DNA of 64,000 nucleotides from Amoebophrya sp. A120 (lineage: Eukaryota; Protista; Dinoflagellata). The position numbers and the translations under genes are program-made. Below, piece after piece: positions 47,201 to 60,800 of the stretch (position 1 is its first letter; each line of letters opens with the position of its first letter). The stretch spans positions 3,725,838-3,789,837 of the forward strand of contig CAJINV010000002.1 of assembly GCA_905178155.1 (NCBI GenBank). The letters are read 5' to 3'. Below the pieces are notes generated by a model, which was not told where the DNA came from, ran no database searches, and was given only the letters and a program-made list of their open reading frames with translations.

Positions 47201-50200
47201 TCTGCCATGCTAGGTCTGCACTGCAGACCTCACGGGTCATGGAAAACCTGCATGACAAGCTCTCCACTCTTCCAGACCCAGACATATTTGTGTTCCATAG
47301 TCGATTCCGCCGTAGACGGCAGATTTCAGAAATATCACACAGAAAAAAACTGGCAGGTCATATTTGTAATGCAAAAACAAATAGACAAAAAAATTTGCAT
47401 TGCATATCCTAAACGGCATGCTATGAGGCCGCCCCTGACAGATTTTTCTGTGTATTTATTTTTGCATTACAAATCTGCCCTGCCAGCTTTTTTCTGTGGG
47501 ATAAGAAACTGTGCGTTCTTGAGACCCGCGTGCATGGTTTCCAGATGCTGAGTATGGATTGCAAAAGTGTCTGGGTCTGGAAAGGATGTAACTTGTCGTG
47601 CTAAATCTGAATCATGTCAAAATCTGTGTTGCATGATTACCAAAAGCTGTCCACTTTTGACCTAATCGAGAGGCAGTTTCTCCTGCAGGATAGGCATGCT
47701 AGAACTCTCACAGAATCTGTCACGCTGTGTCCTACAAATTAGACCTCACGGGTCACGGAAAACCTGCATGACAAGCCTGGCATTCTTCCAGACATCCAGG
47801 GATTTTTGCATGTGATACTGGGCGAGATTGGAGACGGAGGAGTTTGAGGTGGTATCGGAAGCTACTTCGTATCCTTTGGAAAAACGTCCCGACCCCTTGG
47901 TCAAGTTGGGAAATCTGCAAGACAAATCAACAAGCTTTGGCTGCTGCGCATGACAAGTTTGGCCTCGTAGTGCGCTCCTGTTTAGGTAGTTTAGCAGCAT
48001 CACAGATGTAGCGCATGATGCTGATTGGAGCATAACAAAATCCAAAACACGGCTAGAAATTGCTTCTTATGGGGCTCCGCATGAGAGACATTCACATTCT
48101 CACCATGCAGATTTGCATCACAACTCTGGGGTGGGGACGTCTTTACACGGGATACTTCGCTGTTGCTGTTTTCTGGGATCACGATGATGTTTTTATTCCC
48201 GACATAGTCTCTATGGGAGTGTCAGGATCGAAATCGTCACTGTTGAAATAATTTGTGATGCGCAAAACGGATACCAGTTGGCGCCTAGTTTTCAAGTGGC
48301 GCATGACAAATTTTCCTGGCCTCTAAAGTAAGTCTGTCATGCTGTTTCGGGCAAAAGGGCTCCCCTCTGTCATGCTAATCAGCAACCCAATTCTCGACCC
48401 TTGCCAGCACTACAATCTGCCACCCTTGCGTCCTCTGCAATAGTGCCAGTCTCTGAGTTGCATTTTATGCATGGCAAACCATTTCAACTTTGACGATTTC
48501 GATCCTGACACTTCCATAGTCTCCCGGCGCCGCGTCTTGCTTCAAGGTAACGGCGTTTAGGTCAATTGCGGGTTTTGATGTATCGTCGTAATTCATCTCC
48601 GTCGATCCGGGGCTGCTTGTTCCCGGGACCGCGGGGGCAGCAGCTCCGCGGGGGCTACTCGTCGGCGTGTTGAACTTGTTGCTGCCAGGTTTCGACGACG
48701 CTCCACCATCGGTAGCACTGCCACTACTCCCCGCCACCTTAGGCGTTTTTATCCAAGGAAAAAAGTATTAGTTTCTTTTGTAGTGAGTTCAGCATCACAA
48801 ACTTGCCTTGCATGTCAGAGAAAATTTGCAATGCAGTGATCATAAGGCAAAACACAAACAAAACGAGGCTCGAAAGCATTTTGTGCATGGCAAAGGCTCT
48901 CTGTGATGCTTGTCCCGCAACACAATGTGTAACTGTAACACTTTTTTCCTTGGATAGTTTTCTGCTTTTCCTTAATCCGCGTGATCATCTCGGTGTAAGA
49001 CCGTGCGGAATCGTACTCAACACTACTCTATGAAATGCAAATGTGTCTGGGTCTGGAAGGTTGGAACTTGTAATGCTGTCTTTGGATTCCAAAAAACTCT
49101 GTACTGCATGACCAGCAACAGAAGTCCAGTTTGTGTTTTTACGCGGAGAGTGCATTTCTCATGCGGGATAGGCATTAGGAACAAGCCCTCTAAAAATCTG
49201 TGATGCTAGCTCATGCATTACAGGCATCAGGGATGATACAGAATCTGCATGACAAACCTGGCAATTTTCCAGACCCAGACGCATTTGCATTTGATATGCT
49301 CGTTGGTGTCGTCGCCACGGAAATGACCGACGTTCCGGTGGAGATCGCAGTGGGCGATTTTGCGTTCTGACTTTTGTCCTTCTTTACACGGGCTGCAGAT
49401 ATGGCTATGAAAAGGAAAAAACAAACCGTGCTAGCGTCTCTTTCCATGGGGAACAATTTGATTACTTCCACGGAAGTGTAGTAGCTATGCATGGCCAGCA
49501 CAGTGTGGCTTTTTCTCTTTCTTCATCTGCAAAACTAACAAGTTTACGAACATGCTGTTCTATTAAAAAAAAAGCGTCACTAGCACAGTCTTGTTCCTGG
49601 ATAGTCGATCTGCTATTTCTCCTATAATTTTTACTATCTATACGAAGTGGGTTATCGTCCGAAAAAACTGCTCTTTCACTGTGACCAACATCAATCAATG
49701 TACAAGATTTGCATGACAACCCCGGGCTAGTACACATGACAAGAAGATTCTTCCATGTGTTGCTGTTCCACCTCCGTCAGGGAAGACGAATATTAGAACA
49801 TGTGGAAAATAAACAAATGCCCCTCCTTGTTGCATTTACAGCAAAACAATCATGTGCGATGTGTTGCAGTTGTCTCTACTGCATCTTCACAAGTGCGCAG
49901 TGAAACAGTGTTTATTTCGTGCGATATATCTTGGTCGACCCATCCGGGAATTCCTGCTGAATGTATTTTTCCTTCTTCTTATCATGTGGAAAAACGTCCC
50001 CACCCTAGGCTTGTCCTGCTCATATGTGCATGCCCAGAGTTTTTTGATATGTGTATGCTCAGTTCGTCCCAACATTTTGAGGACTACGGAGTGGAGACGT
50101 GTTTGCGAATCGGATACTTTTTGTGCTTTACTTTCGCTGCATACGAGCTGTTTGTTGTACCGTCGTCAATACTGCGACACTCCTCTTCACACTCTTGAAA

Positions 50201-50746
50201 CGAAACTTGTATCACTATGAAATCATGCGCCCCCGCCACAGAAGAACAAAGAAATGGCTGCGAGGCTCCCAATGAGGTTTCATCAGCAATGGAAACTGCT
50301 GCATGGGCCGCCGTGCAAGTCAGTACCTATATCAGCATGACCAGTTCCATTCAACCCAGAATATTAGCGAAAGCCTGTGCAGCTGCACAGCGCCGCAGGA
50401 CAAGTATAGAAGCGTGGTCTGTATTTACTAAAGTCTTCTGGAGCGGAGCTGCACAATGCCTTCCTGCAATGCAAAGCGTATTTGTGTATACAAATCCAGC
50501 ATCAGAAGTTCCGTTTCAGTATGGGGAGGGGGCATTTTTCATTTTGATAGGGAGGTCCTCCGCCGGTTCTTCACTTCTCTCGTCGACATTGTCCAAGGTC
50601 TTTATGTTTGCTCTTGCTACAAGATCTGGGGTAGAACTAGAGGGTGTGTTAGCATTGAGCGAGATAAAATTATGAGCGGGGGTTGAATTAATATCGAGCG
50701 CCGGAGACCGACTCTCCATCGTTGAGGTAGTGGAAGACGAGCTCAT
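44231..50746 (-). CDS. VIT1: VIT1/CCC1-family vacuolar iron/manganese transporter with long N-terminal extension
   Basis: Spliced motifs AVYGGIDGVITTFSII, LGIANVLADGFSMGFGDFIS, PEHEKAEMVE, ATFWSFLVFGALPL, LLNGAVAGTLSYFVG; exons 5' of ~49400 uncertain. Confidence 0.88.
44266..44558. mobile_element. Introner family F
   Basis: TIR; TSD CGCAA. Confidence 0.92.
44630..44918. mobile_element. Introner family D
   Basis: TIR; TSD TTGGC/ATGGA. Confidence 0.85.
45114..45360. mobile_element. Introner family D
   Basis: TIR; TSD GTTGC. Confidence 0.92.
45421..45692. mobile_element. Introner family C
   Basis: TIR; TSD TCAGT/TCAGC. Confidence 0.9.
45731..45995. mobile_element. Introner family A
   Basis: TIR; TSD GATGC. 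Confidence 0.92.
46093..46345. mobile_element. Introner family H
   Basis: TIR; TSD TTCTC/CTCTC. Confidence 0.9.
46466..46742. mobile_element. Introner family A
   Basis: TSD CCGCT; removal gives LADGFSMG. Confidence 0.92.
46802..46977. mobile_element. Introner family I
   Basis: TIR TATCACACAGAAAA; TSD CCCCG. Confidence 0.92.
47026..47299. mobile_element. Introner family A
   Basis: TSD GTCAA/GTCGA; removal gives GGIDGVITT. Confidence 0.92.
47333..47503. mobile_element. Introner family I
   Basis: TIR; TSD AGAAA. Confidence 0.92.
47553..47817. mobile_element. Introner family A
   Basis: TIR; TSD CTGAG/CTGGG. Confidence 0.9.
47870..48154. mobile_element. Introner family C
   Basis: TIR; TSD CTTCG. 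Confidence 0.92.
48212..48518. mobile_element. Introner family F
   Basis: TIR; TSD GTCTC. Confidence 0.92.
48750..48956. mobile_element. Introner family E
   Basis: TIR; TSD GTTTT. Confidence 0.92.
49029..49296. mobile_element. Introner family A
   Basis: TIR; TSD TACTC/TGCTC. Confidence 0.9.
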
Positions 50747-51878
50747 GCTGTTTCGAATCAAAATGGCTAGAAGCCGGGTCGTAAGAGAAAATAAAAGTGT
50801 GCTGATGGTTGTTGTACTTTATCACATTAAGAGCAGGGGTAGACTTATTACTTGTATCAACGTACCAAAAACAGCGCTGGTTTGAAGGCAAAGCTGCTCT
50901 TGTTTAGGTAAAGAAGATAAAACCTGTCAGCCCGATCCAATAGTAGCAGTATGGGGGAATACACGAAGAATCTTTGAGTGAGAAATCTTCATAACATGGG
51001 GCGGTGGTTTCACAAATTCGCATCGGAGAAGTATTTCAACTACAACACTGATAGAAAGAAGGAAACAAGGGCAGCACTACATAGGGCGGGTAGGATAAAA
51101 CTTACGTGTTAGCTAAGCTACTTACAACAACGAGGTCGTTGCGAAGATTTACGACAAATTATTTCCTGAGGACTCCTGTCGACGAAAATTGAGTTTGTCA
51201 TGCGATGATGAATCATACTTGACATGACGACTATGCAGCATTGACTTTGACAGCGACCTAGATTTTTTCAACAAATGTACTAGTCCACTCTCCAGAGAAG
51301 TCAGAACTCTGTACTATCACTTCATCTCCACAAACAACAGAATCAGATTGACCGACCTGAGAAAGCGTCATGCGAGTCACGACATTATTACATCGGTGGC
51401 ATGAAATAGAAGAACACGATCAAAATCCTGTTCTGAAAAAAAACTCAATCTGCTCGTGGTTCTTGTAGAGCTGTCTTATGTACTTTCTCAAGCAGCACAA
51501 ATCGCAGCTCCAAAATCGAGAGAAATATCTTTTTACCGCCTCTGCCTACAAGCGTGTCTATGGGGGTACATATTTGCAATTTTCCTGACATAATTTTCAC
51601 TTCCGTCCTTTCTACTGGTAAAACTTTTGAAACGAGGTGTCATTTTTTACTTGCGTAGTTACTAGGTCTACTGTTGAAACATTTTCACGATCACGACTTA
51701 TTTTGAAACATCATTATTTGTAATTATTTGGTTTCGTTCATTTCTACTTACTTACGAACTCACTCACACAACTTTTTCTGTCACTTTTATAAAGTTTTAT
51801 TGTCTCATACACGAGCTCAGAATGGATCATACAAGCACAACACCAAATCACTCAATCTGCAGCTTCTCACACAGCTGC

Positions 51879-54800
51879 TCACTGTGTATGCATTGCAAAT
51901 ATGTCTGGGTCCGGAAAGTTGTGATGCTAATGTCCGAACGATACGTCGCAACTACCTGGATTTTTAGGGGGCCGCGCATGCCAGGTTATTTCTGAGCGGC
52001 TATGTCTAGCGTGAACCGCATGAAAAACGGCCTTTTTGCATCACAAACAAGTGGCACCACTGTAGCGCACCAAGCATGACAGATCTTTCTGTCTTGTCGC
52101 CCAAGCATGACAGACTTGCATTCTTCCAGACCTCCCAGACATGTTTGCAATGCATACTGTTCATGTTGGACCAATACTGAAACACATGGTACATGTAGCT
52201 TAAAATTCTCCGCTATCCTGAGTGCAAACGTCCCCACCCCATACTCAACATGGGCAATCTGCTACACAAATCCACAAGCTTTGGCGGTTGCGCATGACAA
52301 GTTTGGCCCCGTAGTGTAGTCCTGCTTAGCTCAATCAGCTGCATCACAGATCTAGCCCATTATGCTGATTGGAGCATTACAAATTCCAAAGCGCGACTAG
52401 ATAATGCTTCTCATGGGGCTCCGCATGACAAACATTTTGAGCATGCAGATTCGCATGACAACTATGGGGTGGGGACGTTTTTACATAGGATATCCGCTTT
52501 TTCTTGTTCACGATCTCGCGGTAAGTCGGCAACTTTCGCTATCCTGAGTAAAAACGGGACCCCCATGGTCATCAAGTTGCTGGGACGAACTCCGCAACAC
52601 AAATCCACAAGTTTTGGGCGACACGCAAAACAAGTTTCTTCCAGCATTGTAGTGCAGATTGGCAAGGACAGCCGCACTAGAAGAAAGCCGCCTCCTTATC
52701 CGGTCTGCAGCATTACACATGCCGAAACACGGTCTAGAATGCAACACGACTAGTTGTAAAAACGCCTCTCATTGGGATGCGCATTACCAGTTTTCCTGTA
52801 AATGCAAATCCGCATGACAACTCTACTGGGGTGTTTATGTACTGGAAAAGACCAAATTTAAACTACTGGGGTGGGGACGTTATATTTACTCATGATATTC
52901 GCTGCAACTCGTTCTGCATCGCTTTTTCGTCGTGGATCGACGCCCGCGTGCTCCGCCGCGTGGCTAGAGGGAGTCCGATATCCAATGTAAAAACGTCCCC
53001 AATCCAGATCTGCCAAGCAAATCTGCAAGCCTGAACACGTTTCTCATGCGCCGCTTCATGAGCAGCATTTTCTAAAATGCTACCTGGGAGTTCTTAGTCA
53101 TGCTAGACTCAGGATGGGGCGATCCATTTGTCATGCCGTTTTGCAGGATGAACAGGATTACACTACGAGCCCAAGGATGCTGTAATGCGCAACACACAAA
53201 GCTTGCTCGTTTCTTTCTGTAGCAAAGTGCCCATCTCGACTCTGGGGTCGTCGTGGGGACCTTTTCACACATGATATCCGGTAGTTCCAAAAGGTGCACC
53301 ACCGCCCCCATGATCTCCGGTCAACACCGACCGCCTCCCTGCAGCGGGGCCGTGCGCCCCTTCGTTGGGGGTTGCGTTGGGCGAAGTGGTACTACTAGAT
53401 CCGGGGAAGAAAACCGCGACCGACGACCGCCGCTTCTGCAGCGACCGGCGGCTAGACCGTTTGTCTGCGGGAGCAGGCGGTGGAGACCTATTACCGAGAC
53501 CGCTCTTGTGCTCCGTCTGTTTTCCCCGACCACCCGCTTTGCTGTTCGCCGGCACGTCTTGGCAACCGTGGCTTTTATTTCCCGCCGGCATGGCAACTAC
53601 TTTGCCAGGTTTCATTTTACTTACAGCGGCGGATGATGAATAAGAGGAATTGTCATTGCCCCGGCGCTTATTAACTGCAAATATGTCTGGGTCTGGAAAC
53701 TTGTAATGCTGATTTGTGAGTAGTGAACTCTCTGTCATGCACAGCCAAGCATGAGAAATCTTTGCGCGGCTTAGTGTTCTTGCGCTTTTCGCATGACAAA
53801 CTGCGTTTTGCATGACAAGCAAGAAGGTCTCGTCTTGGACACGCATCACAAACTCTTCAGTCGTGCCAGACCAGCATGACAAACCTTGCATCCTTCCAGA
53901 TATCCAGACATATTTGCATTGGATAGCGCTTGTGCTGGTTTCCTTTTTCTTCCAGTAAAGTGACCGCCGCTTGCATCGCTTTCGGACTGGTTTTATCAAG
54001 TGCAAAAATGTCTGGGTCTGGAAGAGTGCAAGATTTGTCATGCACATTTTGCATGACCCATGATGTCTGTGATGCCTGCCCTAGCATCACAAATTTGTGA
54101 GGGCTTTCTGATGCGTATCCTGCATGACAAATGCCCTCTCCGTGTAGCACAAAATCGAATCCTCTTGCTAGTCATGCAACACAGATTTTTTTAGAATCCG
54201 AAGACAGCATCAGAAGTTGCATCCTTCCAGACCCAGACATTTTTGCATTTGATAGGTTTCGCCCCCTCGCCGGACCTGCACCCGGGCACTGGTTCGGGGA
54301 CTGTTGGTTTTCGAAGCGGGAGTCGCGGCAGTTTTCGCTATGGAACGCAAATATGTCTGGATCTGGAAGGTTGCAGCTTGTGATGCTGTCTTTGGAAGGT
54401 AAAAATAATCTGTATTGCATGACCTTATTTACCCCTCAACCACTATATCCCCTTTACGACCACTACCTCAGGTAGGATCTCGGGGGAAAAGGGTCAAGCT
54501 CTAACGGGGGTCGGACCCGAGTGGAACCGTTAGAGTGGCTGCATGTCCTGGTCGACTCCGGAGATTCCAAGAGCACGGTCACGTTTCCAGCGGTAAACCA
54601 GGCAAAACACGAGGAACAGACAAAGACGAGAGACAGGGGCAGAGCCTATGGATTGCTGGGGTCTCCTGCAGCAGAACTAAAAAAACGTCGCTATGCGACT
54701 GGACTGGGATCTCCTGCAGTCCACCAAATGCCCTTTTTGAAAGCCGGGAAAGGGACCCCACCTAAAACTAGAGCCAAGAAGCAAACAGAAAGCGACCCAC

Positions 54801-57800
54801 GACGTGCGAGAAGCCGACGCTCCACTCCGAACCGCCGCTCTGCGAGCCCTCACCGAAGCGCTCCAAAAAGACTCTCCAGCCGAAACGACACCCCAGAAGC
54901 GACCAGGAGAGAACGACCGGCGACAACGACCACCTACACCCACCGCACGAAACAACGACGCTTTGATCTCGTTGTTTGCATTTTCCGTCGTACTACTCAC
55001 CTTCGTACCCGCGTCGGCGACCTTTTGTGTGTATGATGTTTATTTTGTGCCGCTATCTCTTCTATATTCAAAGCACCAAAAAAAACTTCTTTCCTACTGA
55101 TTCGCTTTTGAACTGCACTTGGCTTCTCATGTCATCTACTGTTCATCATTTTTTTTTCTTCTATTTTTTTTCGTCTAGGCCTGGCTTGTTTTACTGAGGC
55201 TCTTGTTGCTAGACACACAGCATAATATGACGATCAGCAGTCCGCTAGAAGATCATCTTCTTCGTCCTCCACCGGCCCGCTACTCTCTTCTTCCGCATCG
55301 TGCATAATTGCATCTCCATCTGCATCATAACTTTCCTGTTTTGCGCCTCCCTCAGTAATCCTGCATGACCAGCAAGAGGAGTTCAGTTCGTGCTACGCGG
55401 AGTGGGCGTTTCGCATGCGGAATACGCATCAGAAGGCCCGTCAAAAATCTGTGATGCTAGGTCATATTACAGGCATCATGGGTTAAGCAAAATATGCATG
55501 ACAAACTTGCATTCTTCCAGACCCAGACATTTTTGCATTTGATATTCGCAGTGGTTTCCCCAAATTCCTTTTCCCAATCCCTTTCCTTCATGCTCTTCGT
55601 CTTCATAAAATCCAGAAACGCCTCCTGCTCCGTTTGCTTCTTCATATCGCAAGAAAAAACTGCTTCACTGTAATGCAGAAACTGTATCTGAGAAGTGTTT
55701 GTCTTGCTACACAGGCCGCAAGACACTAGATTTTTAGATGTGTTTTCCCTTAGGAATCTCGCATGGCAAATTTTCTCTGTGATGTAGAACAAGCTTGTGA
55801 TGCAAAATAACTTGCAAAATCCTTACAGTAAACACTTTTTTCGTACGATACTTCAGTTCCGTATCGGAGTAAGCCGCTGCTTTTCGCTTGATCCGCCCCT
55901 TGCGCTTGTCCGTGATGTCTTTTTTGATCTATCAAATGCAAAAATGTCTGGGTCTGGAAACTTGTGACGCTAGAATGTGGATGATGGAAAGAGTTCCGAA
56001 TGCAACCCGGCGTGACAACTTTCCAGAACGCTCTCTCATAGGCAATCCGCATGAGAAATTGCGTTTTTGCATGTACTTAGAGGTCGCGACTTTTGTTGGT
56101 AATGCAATACAGATTTTCTAGGTATGGAAAGCTAGCATTACAAGTTCCAACCTTCCAGACCCAGACATTTTTGCAATCCATATGATCATGGTCTGGACCA
56201 TTTTCGTCGTGCGGTCCTTGATCACAATCGACTTCGCCGATCTGCCCGCACCAAACATCGTGTCAAACTCATCGTCAACCTCTTTCGCGATGCACTTCAT
56301 GACGAAGCTCCGCTCCATGGAAAACTCGTCGGTCTCTGTATCCTGTGTAAAAACGTCCCCACGACCCCCAGAGTCGCGATGGGGATTTCGCAACACAAAC
56401 CTAGAAGCTTTTGCCGTTTCGCATGACAAATTTGGACTCGTAGTGTAGTGCTATTTGAGGCAGTGAAGACACATATGCAAATCGACTACCTCATTGTGGT
56501 TCCAGATCCAGCATCACAAACCTCCAGATAGCATTAGAAAAAAGCTCTCATGTCGGTGCTGCGCATGAGAAACATTTTAGGCATGCCACTTTGCATGACA
56601 AGTCTGCGGTCGTGGGGACGTTTTTGTAAATGATACTCTGGAAATAAGCGGTTGAAATCCTCCTGCATCCGCTTGGTCCTCCTAGACGTTCTGGGTGGGG
56701 AAGTAGAAATGGTTTTGGGAGACGATGATAATTTTACTGCATTCTGTGGTCCCCCTTTCTTCGCGTTGCTGCTCACTGCAAACCGCAGCTTCGACCAACT
56801 AGTAGCGCCGGCAGTTTTGTTGGTTGTCGCCGCGCTCGATGTTCCATTGGTTTTATTCATCTGCTGCTCGTTGGATACAATGTTGATCGGGCCAGGATTA
56901 CTATCTCCCCTGTTGAGCTATCCTGAGCAAAAACGTCTCCACCTCGTAGTCAACTTGGTAAATCTGCAACACAAATCGCCAAGCTTTGGGAGTTGTGCAT
57001 GACAAGTTTCCGTCTGTAGTATAGTGTTGCTTAGCAAGGCAAGCCGCATGAGAGAGCCAATTTCTGATTCTGTTTACAGCATTACAAATGCCAAATCAGA
57101 ATTGAAAATGCCTCTCATCATGGGGATGCGCATTACAAACGTTCCTGTCATTGCGTATTTGCATTACAGCTCTGGGGTGGGGACGTTTTTGCTGAGGATA
57201 TGAGCGTCGTATCGTTAATGCCATGATTCAAAATATCTTCTCCGTTCCTATTCCGCTCACCTCCCTCCAGTTTCTGCTTCAGCAGCAACCTTTCCGTCCT
57301 GCGTATCCTGTGCAAAAGTATCGCACTCGTATAAATGCATTACAGATTTCCTCAGCATGAGAAATAAAATTTGTAATGCGGATTCAGCTTGAGAACAAGA
57401 TTTGCAATGCGTGTTTGCGATTACTACGAGTACAATACTTTTGCACAGGATACTGCGCCGCACAAACCAATTCCGCTTGCGTCGCCACGAAGCCCGCTTT
57501 TGCTGCTCTATGACCTGCTCAAACGTTACAATCTCAAACGTTACAATAGAGTCTGGATTTTGTCTTGCATGAAGAGCATGAGAAACGTATGTAGAGTTGC
57601 GCCTTTCGCAATACAAATTTCGCTGGATATCAATGTGGTGTTGGGTGCCGAAACTTGTCATGCGCAAACCTATGGGACTACGGTAAGTCATGCACTTCCT
57701 GCATCACAGATTTCCATATTCTATTGTAACGTTTGAGATTGTAACACCTGAGCAAGTTATATGCTCCTCTTCCCGTTTCTGCGCTTCCTCGTGTTCCTAT

Positions 57801-60800
57801 GAGAGTGCACAACCCCCCCATCCCCCTCATTTTTTGAAGGGCATAAACAGCAACACAAGTCCTGGCATAAATGCAGACTTTGCATGAAAAATTCGCCGCG
57901 ACCGATTCTAGTGCTGTTTCGGCTTCCGGAATCTGTCATGCAAGCAGCGCCAAAAGGAAAAGGATGGACTTGCTAATTGGCATGACAAATGAGAAGGAGT
58001 TGTGCATTGTCATAGTTCGCGCTCCAGCTTTTTCAGCGAGCTGGTCGAGAAGAAAAACGCGGAGGACCTCCTACGGCTATCAAATGCAAAAGTGTCTGGG
58101 TCTGGAAGGTCGGAACTTGTGATGCTAACTTTGGTCTCTAAAAAAATCTGCATTGCATGAGCAGCAAGAGGAGTCTAGTTTGTGCTACGCGGGGAGGGCG
58201 TTTGTCATGCGTAGTAGGCATCAGGAAACCCTCCAAAAATCTGTGATGCTAGGTCGTGCATTACAGACATTCTGGGTCATGCAAAGCGTGCATGACAGGT
58301 CGCAGAATCTTCCAGACCCAGACATTTTTGCATGTGATAACGGCGCTGCGTGCTGTAGCGCCGGTTTTGGAAGGGAGAGTTACGAAAGGAACTCGAGCCT
58401 GTGAAGTGGGAAGCTTTTTGATAAGAATATTATTGTTTCTGTTTGGATTTGATATCATCTACTTGCGCATGTTGACACTGACAGATTACGTTGCAACGAT
58501 AGTTGTGCAGAGCACGCTGCACAAGCGGAGAAAGAAGAAAAAAGGAATTGAATAGCAATCACACGACACAAAACAACGACCGTCGTCGTGTAAAAATACC
58601 TTTTGGCGCGATCGGCGTCATGAAATGTTTCAACCTAACTTTCGTCTTCTTCACGACCCCGCCGCCACTTTTTCCCAAGCTACTGCCCATCTGCTTCACA
58701 CTCTTTCGCTTCGCTGTGCTAGGGGCAAAGGGAGTTGAGGATTTTCGTCTTTGCGTGGACGAAGACGTGCTATGGATTGCAAAAATGTCTGGGTCTGGAA
58801 GATTCTAAACTTGTAATGCTGGCGCTGGATTCTAAAAAAATTTGTGTTGCATGACCAGCAAGAGGACTCCAGTTTGTGCTACGCGGAGAGGGCATTTCTC
58901 ATGCGGTAGAGGCATGACAAAGTCCTCTAAAGATATGTGATGCTAGGGTATGCATCACAGACATCATGGGTCATTCAAAATATGCATGACAAACCTGGCA
59001 ATCTTCCAGACCCAGATATTTTTGCAGTTGATACGTGACTTTCTTCACCGAAAGGCTGCTTGTCCGCCGCCGGTCGAATGCTACTTTCGTGCTTTTGCCC
59101 CCACTGCTGCCATCGGAATCATCATCATTATCGCTGTTGCAGCGACCTCCATTGTCACCGCTGCTGTGCTCCGATTGGTTTTCCGAGTCGTCTGAATCAG
59201 AATCATTGTCATCCGAAGCCTCCTGGTCGGATGAATCTTCAAACTGCTCCATGTCCAGATGCCCTAGGAGCCAAATTTCCGCCACGCGTGAAAATTTTTT
59301 CGCCAACTGAAATTTCTGAAACTCCCTTTTTGTCTCTTCCTTTTCCGTTTCGAGGAGGCGCTCGAGGAAGGAAGATTTCGTGCCGCAAAGGTGCATATGA
59401 ACTGCAAATATCGATCTGGGTCTGGAAGATGGCAACTACCCTGTGATGCTACCTTTGGACTCTGAAAACAATCTGCATTGCATGACCAGCAAGAGGAGGC
59501 CAGTTTGTGCTACGGGGCAAGGGAATTTGTCATGCGGAATAGGCATTAGGAAGCCTTGTAAAAATCTGTGATGCTACGTCATGCATTGCAGGCGTCATGG
59601 GTCATGGAAAATCTGCATGACAAGTCTTGCAACCTTCCAGACCCACACATATTTGCAACTCATAGTGCACGCAGTCTTGAATGGGTAAAAATGCGCTGGT
59701 GGTTGTAGTGCCCGCACTACAGGGCTGCAGCTGGGATGAGGACGAGTAGTTGCAAGAAGTTGATGAACTGCTTTGGGTTGAAGTTATTGGCACTAGAGCA
59801 GCTGCAGTCCCGCAGCTGGTGCTGAAACCATTTTTCCGCCCGATACAAAAACCGCCGAGAACCGAGGACTGCGGGTCGGAGAAGTGTGGTTTTCTAGTTT
59901 GCAGCTTCATGGCAGTCCCAGTGGTCCCTGGTGGCTTCGCCGGATGGTGGACGGTTTGTTTGTTCGCGTGGGGGAGGACAAACTGGTGGCCAGCACTCGC
60001 TGGTTGCTGGTGGCTGTTGCAGCCCAGAACACTTGCTGCACCTGTACTCATCCCATGTAGAATATCGACCGAAAAAAGTGCTTCACTGTAAGGATTTTGC
60101 AAGTTTTGCATTACAAGTTCGCTACACATGACAAAGAAGACTTGCCATGCGTGCTTCCGAAGGGAAAAGAACACGGCGAAAAACCAAATGCCTTGCATGT
60201 GTAGCAAGACAAATGGAAATGCGTCTGTGTTGCATTCTATGCATTACAACTTTACAGTGAAACAGTTTTTTCTTGCGATACAGGATCGGAATGTGTTGCC
60301 TTTGAAACTGTTCGACCACGACCGGAGAAGCGCCGCCGGTTGTACCGGTTTTCTTCAGCAGTCCAGCATGTTGGGATGGGCGCACAGCAGAGTGGTGATT
60401 ATTTCCAGGCGAGAGTACAACTCCGCTTCTGGTCCGGGGTGTCTGCGGGGGTGGTCTGCCCGTTCGGGAGGCCGTAGTTCGGAAGGGCGTTCGACCGTCT
60501 CCGTGATCGTGGTTCCAGCTACTTGTAGTTCCGCTTGTCACATCAGTGCTCGCCGCTCCACCCGTCGGAAAAAAATTTTTCGTCTCGGCGTTACTAAAAT
60601 TGGTCGTGTAATAACTCAATTTCCAGGGTTTCCGGACCTGTTTCTCCAAAATTTCCTTCACTGCATAAGGATCGTGCTTTCCCACACCCGCCGCGGCCTT
60701 TACCTGCCCGGGCTGCATGTTGTCACAGCTGCGCCGGAACTCCAAAAAATTCACATTTTCCTTGTTGCAACTACCACTACTCGCGAGTGCAGAGAAACTG

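Noticed and set aside
43892-49296. CRISPR-like or integron-cassette-like alternation of repeats and unique spacers
   Set aside because: Repeats are 150-300 bp from different families, each with its own TSD. The 'spacers' are exons of one gene, there is no cas or integrase gene, and the context is eukaryotic.
54425-55361. Hammerhead ribozyme (Penelope-like) or a coding plus-strand ORF 54521-55036 in the nested insert
   Set aside because: No CTGAnGA...GAAA core with suitable stems was seen by eye and the ORF has no recognisable domain; a covariance-model search would be needed.
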